A stretch of 64,000 nt of DNA from the NCBI GenBank assembly GCA_045132235.1, contig JBGURX010000026.1, positions 18,175 through 82,174 on the forward strand. The letters run 5' to 3'. This DNA comes from Bacteroidales bacterium. GTDB taxonomy: Bacteria > Bacteroidota > Bacteroidia > Bacteroidales > WCHB1-69. Positions 41,626-51,696 of this stretch are shown one piece after another. The notes beneath the pieces were generated by a model. It was not told the DNA's origin and did not search any database. It saw nothing but the letters and a program-made list of their open reading frames with translations. The position numbers were made by a program, and so were the translations under genes. The first letter of the stretch is position 1; each line of letters starts with the position of its first letter.

Positions 41626-43296
41626 TCATCGAAGAAAGCGGCTGATTTCATGGCGCGCTTCCGGCCGCACGGTGCTTTGTGTCGGGTCGTCGGGAAACAG
41701 CTGGCTGTCGGACAGCACCGTCGCGCTGCCCGTCGCCGTATCGATGAGCAGCACCAGCGGGTAGTGCGGATTCCCGAGAATCTGCTCGAACTTTTGGTCG
41801 TCGGCAGCGCGCACATACAGCGGGGTGAACGGTATGGTCAGCTGCCGGCGCACTTGTTGCCGCCGTTCCTGTTGGCACAACGGGTCGGGACATTTGCGTT
41901 CGGCGATGTACAGCGCACTGCCGTCCACCGCCAGACTGTTCAGGCAGGCGTAGAGTCCCTCCTCGCAGGCGTGGCACTGCGGCGGGCTGTTCACAACCAG
42001 CACGGTGCGACGGTGCGGCAGCGTGTCCCAGCGGAAAGGAGCACCTTTGCCGTCCACTATCGGCAGCTCGCGGCAGTCCACCTGCGGGAGGTCGGGTTTC
42101 ATCCTCAGTACTCGTATCTTCATCACTGGCGGGTGGTCGGCGAAAAAACGCTGCTGCGCCTCCTCGTAGTCGCTTTGTGTACGGCCGGTATAGGGTTCGG
42201 GCGAGCTTTTTACCACCTGTACGATGCAGCGGTTGCCGCCGACCATCAGGGCGAGGGCGCGATGGGCGTAGTAGAAAGGGAACTCGTCTTCCGTGAGGAG
42301 GTGGTCTTTCTCAAATTCACTGGTCAGCTGCACATTCTCTGTTTCTCTTCCCGCTCTGTCGGTGCGCAGCAGAAGCAGCGGTGTCTTCAGAATGTCGGCC
42401 ATGCTGTCGAATTGGTGGTAGGTGATGAGGAAGGTGGTGCCATCGAGCACGTACAGCTCCAACGGGAAGGAGTAGGGCGTGCTGGTCTGGAAGATGTGCA
42501 TGGCTCGTGCCCCACTGTAGGGCATGGCTTGCACCTCCCGGATGTAGTCGTCGGGCAGGGGCTGCCAACCGGGCGGCTCCCATGAGGTTTCAGCCTGTTG
42601 CTTTCCTTGTGCATCGAGTTTTAGCAGTTGAGGCAGAGGCGTGGGGATGAAGAACAGCTGGTTACCATACGGCTTGAGCAGTGCGTTGGGACGGAACTGT
42701 AGCAGGAAAGGGGCGGGCAGCGGCAGGTGTGCCACCGAGTCCAGACGCCCGGCGGCCGGTTCCAGCAAAGTGAATCCGGCATCATTCACCTGCGCGACAG
42801 CCTTTACGCCGTGACTGTCGAAGTAGCCGAAGTCGGCATCGGGGAAGGAGTAGGCGTGCAGCAGCCTCGCGTCGCCGTTGCGCGCCAGCTCGTATTCCAG
42901 CAGCTGGTCGGAGGTGGTGAGCAGCAGCCGTTGGCCGTGCACTGCGATGGCATAGAGCCAGTAGCGGTTCTGCATCAGTGCGTGGCCTTTGCGCGGGGGC
43001 AGCGGCACCTTGTGGGTGGTGGCGGTCATGGTGGCAAGGTCCCAACGCTCCACGGTCGCCACACCGCCTTTCTTGCGGGTGCCGATGACTTCGGCATTGC
43101 AGAGGTACAGCGCATCCTCATCCATGCAGCCGATGAGCTTGCCGAGTTGTGCCGCACAGGAGCTCTCGGGCAGGTCGGTTTCGCTTTCCAAATAGAAGTA
43201 GTGCGAGAGGGGTTCTTGCGCACTCCCTCGCGAGGGCGCGAGCAGCAGCCATAGCAGGATTGTCAAGAAGAGAGGGTGGAGGAGTTTCGTTTTCAT
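41626..43296 (-). CDS. secreted hypothetical protein: beta-propeller-like N-terminus, thioredoxin-like CxxC C-terminus
   Basis: Signal peptide; LPIVD.KG...W.....TVLVV...QCHACE...YPLVLLID. Confidence 0.6.
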   Translation of the reverse strand: MKTKLLHPLFLTILLWLLLAPSRGSAQEPLSHYFYLESETDLPESSCAAQLGKLIGCMDEDALYLCNAEVIGTRKKGGVATVERWDLATMTATTHKVPLPPRKGHALMQNRYWLYAIAVHGQRLLLTTSDQLLEYELARNGDARLLHAYSFPDADFGYFDSHGVKAVAQVNDAGFTLLEPAAGRLDSVAHLPLPAPFLLQFRPNALLKPYGNQLFFIPTPLPQLLKLDAQGKQQAETSWEPPGWQPLPDDYIREVQAMPYSGARAMHIFQTSTPYSFPLELYVLDGTTFLITYHQFDSMADILKTPLLLLRTDRAGRETENVQLTSEFEKDHLLTEDEFPFYYAHRALALMVGGNRCIVQVVKSSPEPYTGRTQSDYEEAQQRFFADHPPVMKIRVLRMKPDLPQVDCRELPIVDGKGAPFRWDTLPHRRTVLVVNSPPQCHACEEGLYACLNSLAVDGSALYIAERKCPDPLCQQERRQQVRRQLTIPFTPLYVRAADDQKFEQILGNPHYPLVLLIDTATGSATVLSDSQLFPDDPTQSTVRPEARHEISRFLR

Positions 43297-43313
43297 CGTG
43301 CAACAATGGGGTG

Positions 43314-43353
43314 TAAAAGGGCATGTCGATACATGCAGACGGTGACATGCCCT
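43314..43353 (-). terminator. intercistronic intrinsic terminator / stabilising hairpin
   Basis: Minus strand AGGGCATGTC-N16-GACATGCCCT followed by TTT. Confidence 0.7.
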
Positions 43354-43377
43354 GTAACGTATTATTGATCAGAATGA

Positions 43378-43884
43378 TTAGTGTGAACTGTCTTGAAGCA
43401 TATTGTTGTCATCGGTCTCGATGGTGATGACAATTCTGCCTTCGGAGCAGTTGCGGGAGTTGTACTGCCAGCTGGCTTTGATGAAATACAGCGTGGACTT
43501 GCGGCCGTCGCTGATGGCCACCTTTTTGCTGGCGGTTCCACGATAGCTCGACTTCTGAATTTGTTGCTCCGACATTTCAATCAGGCTGTTGATGGCTCTG
43601 ATGACAGTAGGGTTGGATAGTATGTCGTGGTTGGGAACTGCGTAGCAGGAGGAGCCGATCTCGCGGGAGGCACGGCACCAGTTGAAACCGCCGCCTTCGC
43701 AGTCTAACCGCACCTGCGTTACGCCATTCTCCACGCCGAGGAAGGAGGTGGTGACGCGCTGGTAGCAGTTGAACAGATTCTGCCACGACGAGCCTTCCTT
43801 GTTCACTTCAATCACGACAACTTTTTTGCCGAAAGAGGTGAACACGGCCATACATAAACAAAGGATAAGGATAATTCGTTTCAT
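43378..43884 (-). CDS. secreted Cys-containing hypothetical protein
   Basis: Signal peptide MKRIILILCLCMAVFTSFG; LDCEGGGFNWCR; 168 aa. Confidence 0.75.
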   Translation of the reverse strand: MKRIILILCLCMAVFTSFGKKVVVIEVNKEGSSWQNLFNCYQRVTTSFLGVENGVTQVRLDCEGGGFNWCRASREIGSSCYAVPNHDILSNPTVIRAINSLIEMSEQQIQKSSYRGTASKKVAISDGRKSTLYFIKASWQYNSRNCSEGRIVITIETDDNNMLQDSSH

Positions 43885-44297
43885 AAGATAGATTTTTAGT
43901 TGATAGTGAGTTTATTAACACTTTCGCAGTTGGCATCCTTCCGATGCTTATCCGCGTCAATCGTTGGATTGAAGTTCGGTTTCTGTTTTGGCTGTTTTGT
44001 TTTTGAGTTTTACATGATGAGCATTTTTAGATTTTGAGTGGCAGGGGTTGCCGGCCCCTGTTTTCGTTTCTGACATCGCAAAGATACTATGCACGGCAGG
44101 TCATTTTCAACCTTTTTTGAAAAATCTTTTAAAATTATTTTATTGAATATCAATATTTTATATATTATGCCAATTAATTTCATTGAAAAATCCCTGCTTT
44201 TTTCGGAGTTTTTGTTGTTAAAATTTTGTATTTTTGCAACTTCTTAATGGATGGATGCTTTTATATTGAGGGGCTTTTCTTATATAAATATTGTACG

Positions 44298-44996
44298 ATG
44301 TTTGTCTTTTACTGCACTGAAATTCAAGGAAATACCATAACACTATCGGGTGATGACGCCCGCCATTGCGCCAAGGTGCTGCGCAAGCGTCCCGGCGACC
44401 CCATCCTGCTGACCGACGGACGTGGCACGCTGGCCAAAGCCTCCCTCACCCACGTGTCTCCTTCCGACTGCGTGGCGGAGGTGCTGGAACGCAACACGAT
44501 ACCGCCCCGCCGCATCGCTCTGCACCTCGCTGTCGCACCCACCAAGAACGCCGACCGCATGGAGTGGCTGACAGAAAAAGCCGTGGAATTGGGTGTGGAA
44601 CGCATCACCTTCATCATCTGCGACCACTCCGAACGGCGCAAAATCGACCTTGACAGGATGCACCGCATCGCCATCGCCGCCCTCAAACAGTCGCAAACCG
44701 CCTGGCTGCCAGAACTGCAATGCGTTGACTTTCAGGATTTCATCAAACAAAACAAAGACATTCCCTGCCGCTACGTGGCTTGGTGCGACGAGCACAACAC
44801 CGTGCAGTTCGCCGATGAGCAATGGTCGGAAGGAGAGATTCTCCTGCTCATCGGTCCCGAAGGCGACTTCTCCACAGAAGAAATCAACCTCTGCAAATCG
44901 CTCGGTTACAAGGAGGTTAAATTAGGAAGCCGCCGTCTCCGTACGGAAACAGCGGCTCTATTTGGCTGTTTTACAGTCGCTTTGCGCAATGCGTAG
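44298..44996 (+). CDS. rsmE: 16S rRNA m3U1498 methyltransferase
   Basis: HC.KVLR, EKAVELG, AALKQS, LIGPEGDFS..E, LG.RRLRTETA. Confidence 0.95.
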   Translation: MFVFYCTEIQGNTITLSGDDARHCAKVLRKRPGDPILLTDGRGTLAKASLTHVSPSDCVAEVLERNTIPPRRIALHLAVAPTKNADRMEWLTEKAVELGVERITFIICDHSERRKIDLDRMHRIAIAALKQSQTAWLPELQCVDFQDFIKQNKDIPCRYVAWCDEHNTVQFADEQWSEGEILLLIGPEGDFSTEEINLCKSLGYKEVKLGSRRLRTETAALFGCFTVALRNA

Positions 44997-44998
44997 GG

Positions 44999-46882
44999 TT
45001 ACATCATCTCCACGCTGCGCTTCACAAATTCGCTGAGTTTTTCGCCCGTCAACAGGTTCTGCGACAGCAAGGCCAAGTCGATGAGCTGATGCGTCATCTG
45101 CTCTTTCGCGGCTTCGTCCTGCTCGGCAAGGATTTTGGCCGCTAACGGATGGTTGCCGTTGACCACCAAGTTGTAGTGGTTGAAATCTCCGTAAAATCCC
45201 TGCTGGCCAGAGAGTTTCTGCATGTCTTTGAAACGGCGCATGAACTCGTTCTGCGTGATCATGATGGGCAGCTCGCTCTCGCTGAGGTTCGACACCATCA
45301 CGGTGAACATTTCTTTGTCGGCGCATTTCTCAAAGGTCTCTTTCAGCGTTTTCTGCTCATCCTCAGAAAGTTTGGCAGGCATCACTTCGTCCTTCTCAAT
45401 CAGTTTCTCCATCACGTCGGCATCCACCCGGGCGAAACGGCACTTCTCGATTTTCGGCTCCAACAGGTTGATGAAGTGGGTGTCGAGGAAACCGTCCATC
45501 AACAGCACATCGTAGCCGCGCTCCTTGGCCGACTGGATGTAAACGTGCTGTGTGGCAGTGTCGTGCGCGTACAGATAGACCACCACATCGTTCTTGTCTT
45601 TCTGTAAGGTCTCGATATGAGTACGGTATTCGTCCATCGTGAAGTATTTGCCATCCACATTCTTGAAGAGGATGAAACTCTTGGCACGATCGTAGAATTT
45701 CTCGTCTGTGAGACAACCGTATTCGATGAAAACTTTGAGGTCGTCCCACTTTTTCTCGAAGTCTTCGCGGTCGTTCTTGAACATCTCTTCCAGCTTGTCG
45801 GCCACCTTTTTGGTGATGTGTGAGGAGATTTTCTTCACGTTGGCATCCGATTGCAGGTACGAACGCGACACGTTCAGCGGAATGTCGGGCGAGTCGATGA
45901 CGCCGTGCAGCAGCATCATGAATTCGGGAATCACGCCTTCCAGCTGGTCGGTGATAAACACCTGATTGCAATAGAGTTGCACTTTGTTTTTCTGGATTTC
46001 CAGCTGGTTGCGCACCTTCGGGAAGTAGAGGATGCCGGTGAGGTTGAAGGGGTAATCTACGTTGAGGTGGATCTGGAACAGCGGCTCCTCGAAGGTCATC
46101 GGGTAGAGTTCGCGGTAGAAGTTGAGGTACTCTTCGGGTTTGATGGTAGAGGGCGACTGCTTCCACAGCGGCTGCGTGTTGTTGATGATGCGGGGCACTT
46201 TCACCTCCACCTCTTTCACCTCTTCGCCCTCTTTGGGTTCCACGCCTTCGGGTTTCTCCCACTTGCTCTCCTCGCCGCACTGAATCGGGATGGGCAGGAA
46301 GCGGCAGTATTTGCGAAGCAAAGCTACAATCTTCTGTTCATCAACAAATTCCAAAGCATCTTCGGCAATGTGCAGCACAATGTCGGTGCCGCGATCTGCC
46401 TTCTCCGCCTCTTCCATCTCGTAGTCGGGCGAACCGTTGCAGCTCCACTTAACAGCTTTTGCATCAGGCTGGTAGGAGCGAGTGAGAATGTCCACGCGGT
46501 CGGAGACCATGAAGGCGGAGTAGAAACCGAGACCGAAGTGTCCGATGATATTGCCTTCCTCCATTTTGAATTTCTCCAAAAATTCCTCCGCACCCGAGAA
46601 AGCAATCTGGTTGATGTATTTGTCCACCTCTTCGGCAGTCATGCCGATGCCGCGGTCGCTCACGGTGATGGTTTTGGCCTCCTTGTCCACCTTCACTTGG
46701 ATGGTCAGGTCGCCCAGCTCACCCTCGAATTTGCCCATCGTGGCAAGGGTTTTCAGCTTCTGTGTGGCATCCACTGCGTTGGAAATCAGCTCTCTGATGA
46801 AAATGTCATGTTCGGAATAGAGGAATTTTTTGATGACCGGAAAAATGTTCTCGGTCTGTACATTGATTTGTCCTTTGCTCAT
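44999..46882 (-). CDS. htpG: molecular chaperone HtpG (HSP90)
   Basis: IFPVIKKFLYS..IFIRELISNAVDA, DRGIGM, IGHFGLGFYSAFMV, DIPLNVSRSYLQ. Confidence 0.97.
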   Translation of the reverse strand: MSKGQINVQTENIFPVIKKFLYSEHDIFIRELISNAVDATQKLKTLATMGKFEGELGDLTIQVKVDKEAKTITVSDRGIGMTAEEVDKYINQIAFSGAEEFLEKFKMEEGNIIGHFGLGFYSAFMVSDRVDILTRSYQPDAKAVKWSCNGSPDYEMEEAEKADRGTDIVLHIAEDALEFVDEQKIVALLRKYCRFLPIPIQCGEESKWEKPEGVEPKEGEEVKEVEVKVPRIINNTQPLWKQSPSTIKPEEYLNFYRELYPMTFEEPLFQIHLNVDYPFNLTGILYFPKVRNQLEIQKNKVQLYCNQVFITDQLEGVIPEFMMLLHGVIDSPDIPLNVSRSYLQSDANVKKISSHITKKVADKLEEMFKNDREDFEKKWDDLKVFIEYGCLTDEKFYDRAKSFILFKNVDGKYFTMDEYRTHIETLQKDKNDVVVYLYAHDTATQHVYIQSAKERGYDVLLMDGFLDTHFINLLEPKIEKCRFARVDADVMEKLIEKDEVMPAKLSEDEQKTLKETFEKCADKEMFTVMVSNLSESELPIMITQNEFMRRFKDMQKLSGQQGFYGDFNHYNLVVNGNHPLAAKILAEQDEAAKEQMTHQLIDLALLSQNLLTGEKLSEFVKRSVEMM

Positions 46883-46974
46883 GGTTATTATTGTTTTTAT
46901 TTCATTAATTATCAATAAATTATAAATAATAAATGATGGGAAAAGAATATTTTTCGCACATCGCCATTCCGATA

Positions 46975-47015
46975 TGCAATTCCCGTGCCAAAATACAAAT
47001 CTGACAAATTGTCAG
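46975..47015 (-). promoter_or_regulatory. sigma-54-like -24/-12 element plus upstream palindrome before htpG
   Basis: Minus strand CTGACAATTTGTCAG-N10-TGGCACGGGAATTGCA. Confidence 0.7.
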
Positions 47016-47017
47016 CC

Positions 47018-48559
47018 TTATAATTCGGATGAATCAGTGGCGAAGAGGAAAAAGGAGTTGAAAAGAAGGAAAAGGTTGATGCCCGTGACGGTCTCGAGGG
47101 TGTCTTCGAACAGCATGGATACCAAAAGGCAGCACCAGAAGATGACGTACACGAGGGTGATTTTGCGTTTGCAAAGGAAAAACGGAAGGATAAGCACTGC
47201 GACAAAAACCAATGCCAGTGCTACGCCGCCGGCAAGAAGGTAGGTGAGGAACTGGTTGTGCGCCCCCATGTCATCCTTGAGGGTGGAGTTCTGCTCGTGC
47301 AGCACCCCGTTGATGGCTTTCTTGTTGTGCCCCAGCCCGTAACCCCGCCATGGATGCCTTCCGATGGCCTTGGAGCTGGCTTTCCACAGCTCCACTCTTT
47401 GCAGAAGTGAGGAACTGCTGGTGGTGCCGTTCAGCTGGTACAGCGAGAAGGTGAAGTAGCTGGGATACAGCATTTTCTTCAGTCCAAAAGGCTGCAGATA
47501 GGCTTTGTTGGCGATGCCGTTTTCGATGTGCTTCACATCCTCGTCGTCTAATTTCGACAAACCTTTGGCATCTTTGGTCTCGCCGATGGAGTTGAGATAG
47601 CGGATGAGGGTTTTCTGGATGCTGTCGTAGGGTTCGTCGCTGCGTTTGGGCCACTCTTCCTTCAACTCAGCTTCACAGAGATAGAGACCGATTTTATTTC
47701 CATTTTCAATAATTTGTCCGTCAGGGAGTTCCTTTGGAAGATGGGTATAGGGAGTGCCCTTTTCGGTGCAAGTGGGCAGATTGTTTTCAACAGTGCTGTC
47801 GTAGTGATAGTATTGGTAGGTGATGATGGAGAAAGCGGCGGCGATGACAATGCAGATCGTGCCGCTGATGGTGAGGATGAGGATGCGACCGCCTTTTTTT
47901 TCTCTTTTTATAAATAAATAGTAGAAGAAGATGATGAGGAAGGTGACGGCTAAAAGGAGGATGCCGGTGCCTATCTGCACGGCGAAGAGGTAGGCGAAAA
48001 GCCAGATGGCCATGAGCAGACAGCCCAATTGGATGGGGATGGAGTAGCTGCCGTTTTTGATAAGAAAATGAAGACAGAAAACAATCGACAGCACCGCGCA
48101 GATGCTGAACCGGATGTGCGAGATGAACAGTCCGTTGTCGCGGATGTCGTACACTCCTTTGGTCTGCATGATGATGACGCTGATGGCGGCGGCCACGGAG
48201 GTGGTGATGGCGAAAGCCAGCAGGAGAAAGCGCTGCCAGCGTATCTTCGGAGGCTCTGTAGAAGCCAGTATGACAGGGAAATAGAGAAATGGTGTTTTGG
48301 TGAGCCAGTCGCGCCAGCCGATAGCCGGATTTTCCGCACCGAAAATACTTATTGCCAAAAAGAAGAAAAAGAAGGCGAATGGAATGACGGCAGGATGCTG
48401 TTTCAGCCGTTCCCACTTCTGCTTCCAGTTCCACTCCAACAGCCAGTTGCCTACCAGCACGCCGCCCAGCACATTGGGCAACGCCACCGACACGGGTATC
48501 GAGATGGCCAGCAAAATCAGGGTGATGGTGTAGATGTAGCGGTGGGCTTTGCCGAGCAT
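47018..48559 (-). CDS. O-antigen ligase (Wzy_C) family membrane protein
   Basis: Multi-TM; S..QRVELWKAS..I..HPW.GYGLG, AHNQFL. Confidence 0.82.
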   Translation of the reverse strand: MLGKAHRYIYTITLILLAISIPVSVALPNVLGGVLVGNWLLEWNWKQKWERLKQHPAVIPFAFFFFFLAISIFGAENPAIGWRDWLTKTPFLYFPVILASTEPPKIRWQRFLLLAFAITTSVAAAISVIIMQTKGVYDIRDNGLFISHIRFSICAVLSIVFCLHFLIKNGSYSIPIQLGCLLMAIWLFAYLFAVQIGTGILLLAVTFLIIFFYYLFIKREKKGGRILILTISGTICIVIAAAFSIITYQYYHYDSTVENNLPTCTEKGTPYTHLPKELPDGQIIENGNKIGLYLCEAELKEEWPKRSDEPYDSIQKTLIRYLNSIGETKDAKGLSKLDDEDVKHIENGIANKAYLQPFGLKKMLYPSYFTFSLYQLNGTTSSSSLLQRVELWKASSKAIGRHPWRGYGLGHNKKAINGVLHEQNSTLKDDMGAHNQFLTYLLAGGVALALVFVAVLILPFFLCKRKITLVYVIFWCCLLVSMLFEDTLETVTGINLFLLFNSFFLFATDSSEL

Positions 48560-48566
48560 CGGGGTG

Positions 48567-50210
48567 CTATTTGAGGTTCAGGATGGATTTGTAGCGGTTC
48601 CGGTCGTGGAGAATTTCCTTGGCCGTAGCGATGTCAGGGTCGATGGAGAGGTCGTGGATAAGGCGACCCTTCTGATAGTAGTAGCGCACGGCAATCTCGG
48701 AGGCGAGGTATTCGCAAATCTCCTGTTTGTGCGTCTGCAGGTCGGCGGCCTTCTCGCGCTTCAGCTGCTCCTCCAGCTGCTGGTACAGCGGAGCAATCTT
48801 CTCATAATAACCGTCGTATTCGGCCGCCTCCTTGAGGTCCTTCATCACCTCCTCGCTCTCGGTGGTATAGGAGTACTCTTTGTTCTGCACAAACTTGACA
48901 AAATCATCAAAAGTGTCGTCGTCAATGGTGAACTGGTCGGCGGGCGGAATTGTGGTGTGCGTGGCATGGTACTGGTTGGCGAAGTCGAAGATGTGGTGGT
49001 TGAGGATGAGCGCGGTGAGCACGCTGCTGATGTAGTCCACGGGGGTGGCCACGTCGGGTTCGATGCCGCCCTTGTCATACACGGTGCGGCCGTTTTTGGT
49101 CTTGAAGGCCACGGCCAGCGAGTCGGGAATGACGTGCGCCTTGGTGGAGTCCTTGCTGAAGTATTCGATTTTCTGCACGCAGCGGCCGCTGGGGATGTAG
49201 TATTTCGAGACGGTGAGTTTCATCGAGCTGTTGAAGCTCAGCGGCACGATGTTCTGTACCAGACCCTTGCCGTAGCTCTTCTTGCCCACGATGACGCCGC
49301 GGTCGAGGTCCTGGAACGCACCCGACACGATCTCGGAGGCGGAGGCGCTGTTTTCATTCACCAGCACCACCACGGGAATCTCTTTGTCGATGGGCTGCGC
49401 CGGCGTGCGGAAAATGTGGTTCTGCTCCTCAATCTTGCCTTTGGTATAGACAATCACGGTGCCCTGTTCCACAAAGATGTTCATGATTTTCACCGCTTCC
49501 TGCAGCAGACCGCCGCCGTTGTTGCGGAGGTCGAGGATGAGGGCGCTCATGCCTTTGCCCTTGAGGTCGGTGAAGGCATCCTTCACCTCTTTGCCGGCCT
49601 TGTCGGTGAACTGGTCGAGTTTGATGTAACCTACTGATTCATCGAGCATTCCGTAGTAGGGGATGTTGGGCAGGGTAATCTCCTCGCGGGTGATGTTGAA
49701 GGTGAAGGTCTTGTTCTTGCTGGGACGGAACACCTCAAGGCTGACGGTGGTGCCGGGCTGCCCGCGCATCGCCGAACTTACATCGGTGGAGTTCTTGCCC
49801 GCCGTGGTTTTGCCGTCCACTTTGGTGATGATGTCGCCGGCCAGCAGACCGCTCTTCTGGGCGGGACAGTTCTCGTAGATTTCGGAGATGGCCACCTTGT
49901 CATCCGTGTACTGCTGGATGAGGGCGCCGATGCCGCCGTACTGTCCGGAGGTGATCATCTTCACGTCTTCAATCTCATTTTCAGTGTAATACACGGTGTA
50001 GGGGTCGAGACTTTCGAGCATGGCGTCGATGGCCGTGCGGGTGAGGTCGCCGGGCGTGATCTCGTCGGCATACTTGGCGTTCAGCTCGCGCAGCACCGAG
50101 ATGAAGATATCCACATTCTTGGCAATCTCAAAGTCGTTCTGGGCACGGGCAGGCAAAATCATCGCACCGCACAAAACAACGACAGCTATAATGGTTTTAA
50201 TTTTTTTCAT
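48567..50210 (-). CDS. S41 carboxy-terminal processing protease
   Basis: LDPYT, YGGIG, PDZ domain, LDLRNNGGGLL, SASASEIV.GA.QD.DRG, SYGKG.VQ. Confidence 0.95.
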   Translation of the reverse strand: MKKIKTIIAVVVLCGAMILPARAQNDFEIAKNVDIFISVLRELNAKYADEITPGDLTRTAIDAMLESLDPYTVYYTENEIEDVKMITSGQYGGIGALIQQYTDDKVAISEIYENCPAQKSGLLAGDIITKVDGKTTAGKNSTDVSSAMRGQPGTTVSLEVFRPSKNKTFTFNITREEITLPNIPYYGMLDESVGYIKLDQFTDKAGKEVKDAFTDLKGKGMSALILDLRNNGGGLLQEAVKIMNIFVEQGTVIVYTKGKIEEQNHIFRTPAQPIDKEIPVVVLVNENSASASEIVSGAFQDLDRGVIVGKKSYGKGLVQNIVPLSFNSSMKLTVSKYYIPSGRCVQKIEYFSKDSTKAHVIPDSLAVAFKTKNGRTVYDKGGIEPDVATPVDYISSVLTALILNHHIFDFANQYHATHTTIPPADQFTIDDDTFDDFVKFVQNKEYSYTTESEEVMKDLKEAAEYDGYYEKIAPLYQQLEEQLKREKAADLQTHKQEICEYLASEIAVRYYYQKGRLIHDLSIDPDIATAKEILHDRNRYKSILNLK

Positions 50211-50245
50211 TTATATAATTTTCAAATTTCACTCTAAACTCTTAA

Positions 50246-50488
50246 CTATGGTACAGGATCGTACCCGCTTCCGCCCCACGGGTTGCACGACAGCACCCGT
50301 TTCAGTGTGAGCCATGAGCCCTTGAACGGACCGTGTTTTTTCAATGCCTCGATGCCGTAGTTGGAACAGGTGGGGGTGTATCGGCAGGCCCGTCCGATGA
50401 GCGGCGACAGCGTCCACTGATATATCTTGATAAAGAATATCAGGACGTAGGCTAATGCTTTCTTGAAAAATTCGTAAGCTTTTTTCAC
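50246..50488 (-). CDS. yidD: membrane protein insertion efficiency factor
   Basis: YQ..LSP....[14 protein letters not shown]...[13 protein letters not shown]. Confidence 0.95.
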   Translation of the reverse strand: MKKAYEFFKKALAYVLIFFIKIYQWTLSPLIGRACRYTPTCSNYGIEALKKHGPFKGSWLTLKRVLSCNPWGGSGYDPVP

Positions 50489-50907
50489 AGGCCTTCCGTT
50501 GGGTTTGCTATGGTTAAACGATGCAGGATTTCGATTATTTTGTCTTCCACCAATTTATAGGGGGAAATTTCGTTCGAAATATAGGTGATGAGCAGTTGTA
50601 CGCGCTGTCCCCGCTCTCGCAGCACGGGATCGAGGATGTCGCGGTGGTGCAGCCGGAAAGCCTCGCGGATAAGGCGCTTCACGCGGTTGCGATCCACGGC
50701 ATGCTTGAAGAAGCGCTTGGGTACACTGACAACAATCTGGCACACAGGTTCTTCCTCGGTGCAAGGCAGGAAAATGTAATGGCATTTAAGGGGATGGCAG
50801 AAAATTTTCTGCCGGTTGCGCAACAATGCAGCGATTTGTATTTCGGAGCAGAGGCGTTCCTTTTTGGAAAATGTAAGATGCTCGTTGTTAGCGTTTTCTG
50901 GTGGCAT
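50485..50907 (-). CDS. rnpA: ribonuclease P protein component
   Basis: [33 protein letters not shown]. Confidence 0.95.
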   Translation of the reverse strand: MPPENANNEHLTFSKKERLCSEIQIAALLRNRQKIFCHPLKCHYIFLPCTEEEPVCQIVVSVPKRFFKHAVDRNRVKRLIREAFRLHHRDILDPVLRERGQRVQLLITYISNEISPYKLVEDKIIEILHRLTIANPTEGL

Positions 50908-51652
50908 GTTCTTTCAAGAAGGCGTCCATGGCGGAGGTGATGGACTGGTGTTCCTTGGTGGGGGCTTGAACATGGAGGGTGAAGCCGGCGTTGGTGACGG
51001 CGGCGCAGGCGGGGGCTCCGAGAGCGCCCATGGCCACCTCGCCCTGCTCGAAATCAGGGTAGTTCTCCTTCAGCGAGGCGATTCCCGACGGACTGAAGAA
51101 GATGATCATGTCGTACTTGTTGATGTCGATGGAGGACTTCAGGTCGGCGGGCACGGTTTTGAAGATGACGGCCTGCGAGAACTGGATGTTGTGCTCTTGG
51201 AAGAAGTCGGCATACTGGGTGGCCATGGAGTCGGCACCGCAGGGAATCAAGTACTTGTATTCGGGATTCTTCAAAAACAGATCGAACACGCCTTTCGGGT
51301 TGTTGTTCTTGTTGAAGAAGATTTTGCGTTTGCGGAACTGGATGTATTTCTGGAGGTAGAAGGCCACCTGGTCGGTCGTGCAGAAATACTTCATCTCTTC
51401 CGGAAGTTCGCAGCGCAGCTCTTTCACCAGACTGAAGAAATAGTCCACGGTGGTCTTGCTGGAGAAGACGACCGCGCTATGGTCGAGAATGTTGATGTGG
51501 GCTTCCCTGAACTCGCGGGAAGGGATGCCTTCGATACGGAAGAACTTGAAGAAATCGATGTTGATGCTGTATTTCCGGGTCAGGTCGGCATAGGGCGACT
51601 TGTCGAATTCGGCGGGGGCGTTTTGGGAGATGAGGATGTTTTTTACTTTCAT
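50888..51652 (-). CDS. hemD: uroporphyrinogen-III synthase family protein
   Basis: MKVK.ILISQ..P...SPY, YLQKYI.FRKRKI, FFSPSGI.SL. Confidence 0.85.
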   Translation of the reverse strand: MKVKNILISQNAPAEFDKSPYADLTRKYSINIDFFKFFRIEGIPSREFREAHINILDHSAVVFSSKTTVDYFFSLVKELRCELPEEMKYFCTTDQVAFYLQKYIQFRKRKIFFNKNNNPKGVFDLFLKNPEYKYLIPCGADSMATQYADFFQEHNIQFSQAVIFKTVPADLKSSIDINKYDMIIFFSPSGIASLKENYPDFEQGEVAMGALGAPACAAVTNAGFTLHVQAPTKEHQSITSAMDAFLKEHATRKR

Positions 51653-51696
51653 AAACCGCAAAATTGGTGTTTCAATATTGTGATGTAAATCCCTGA

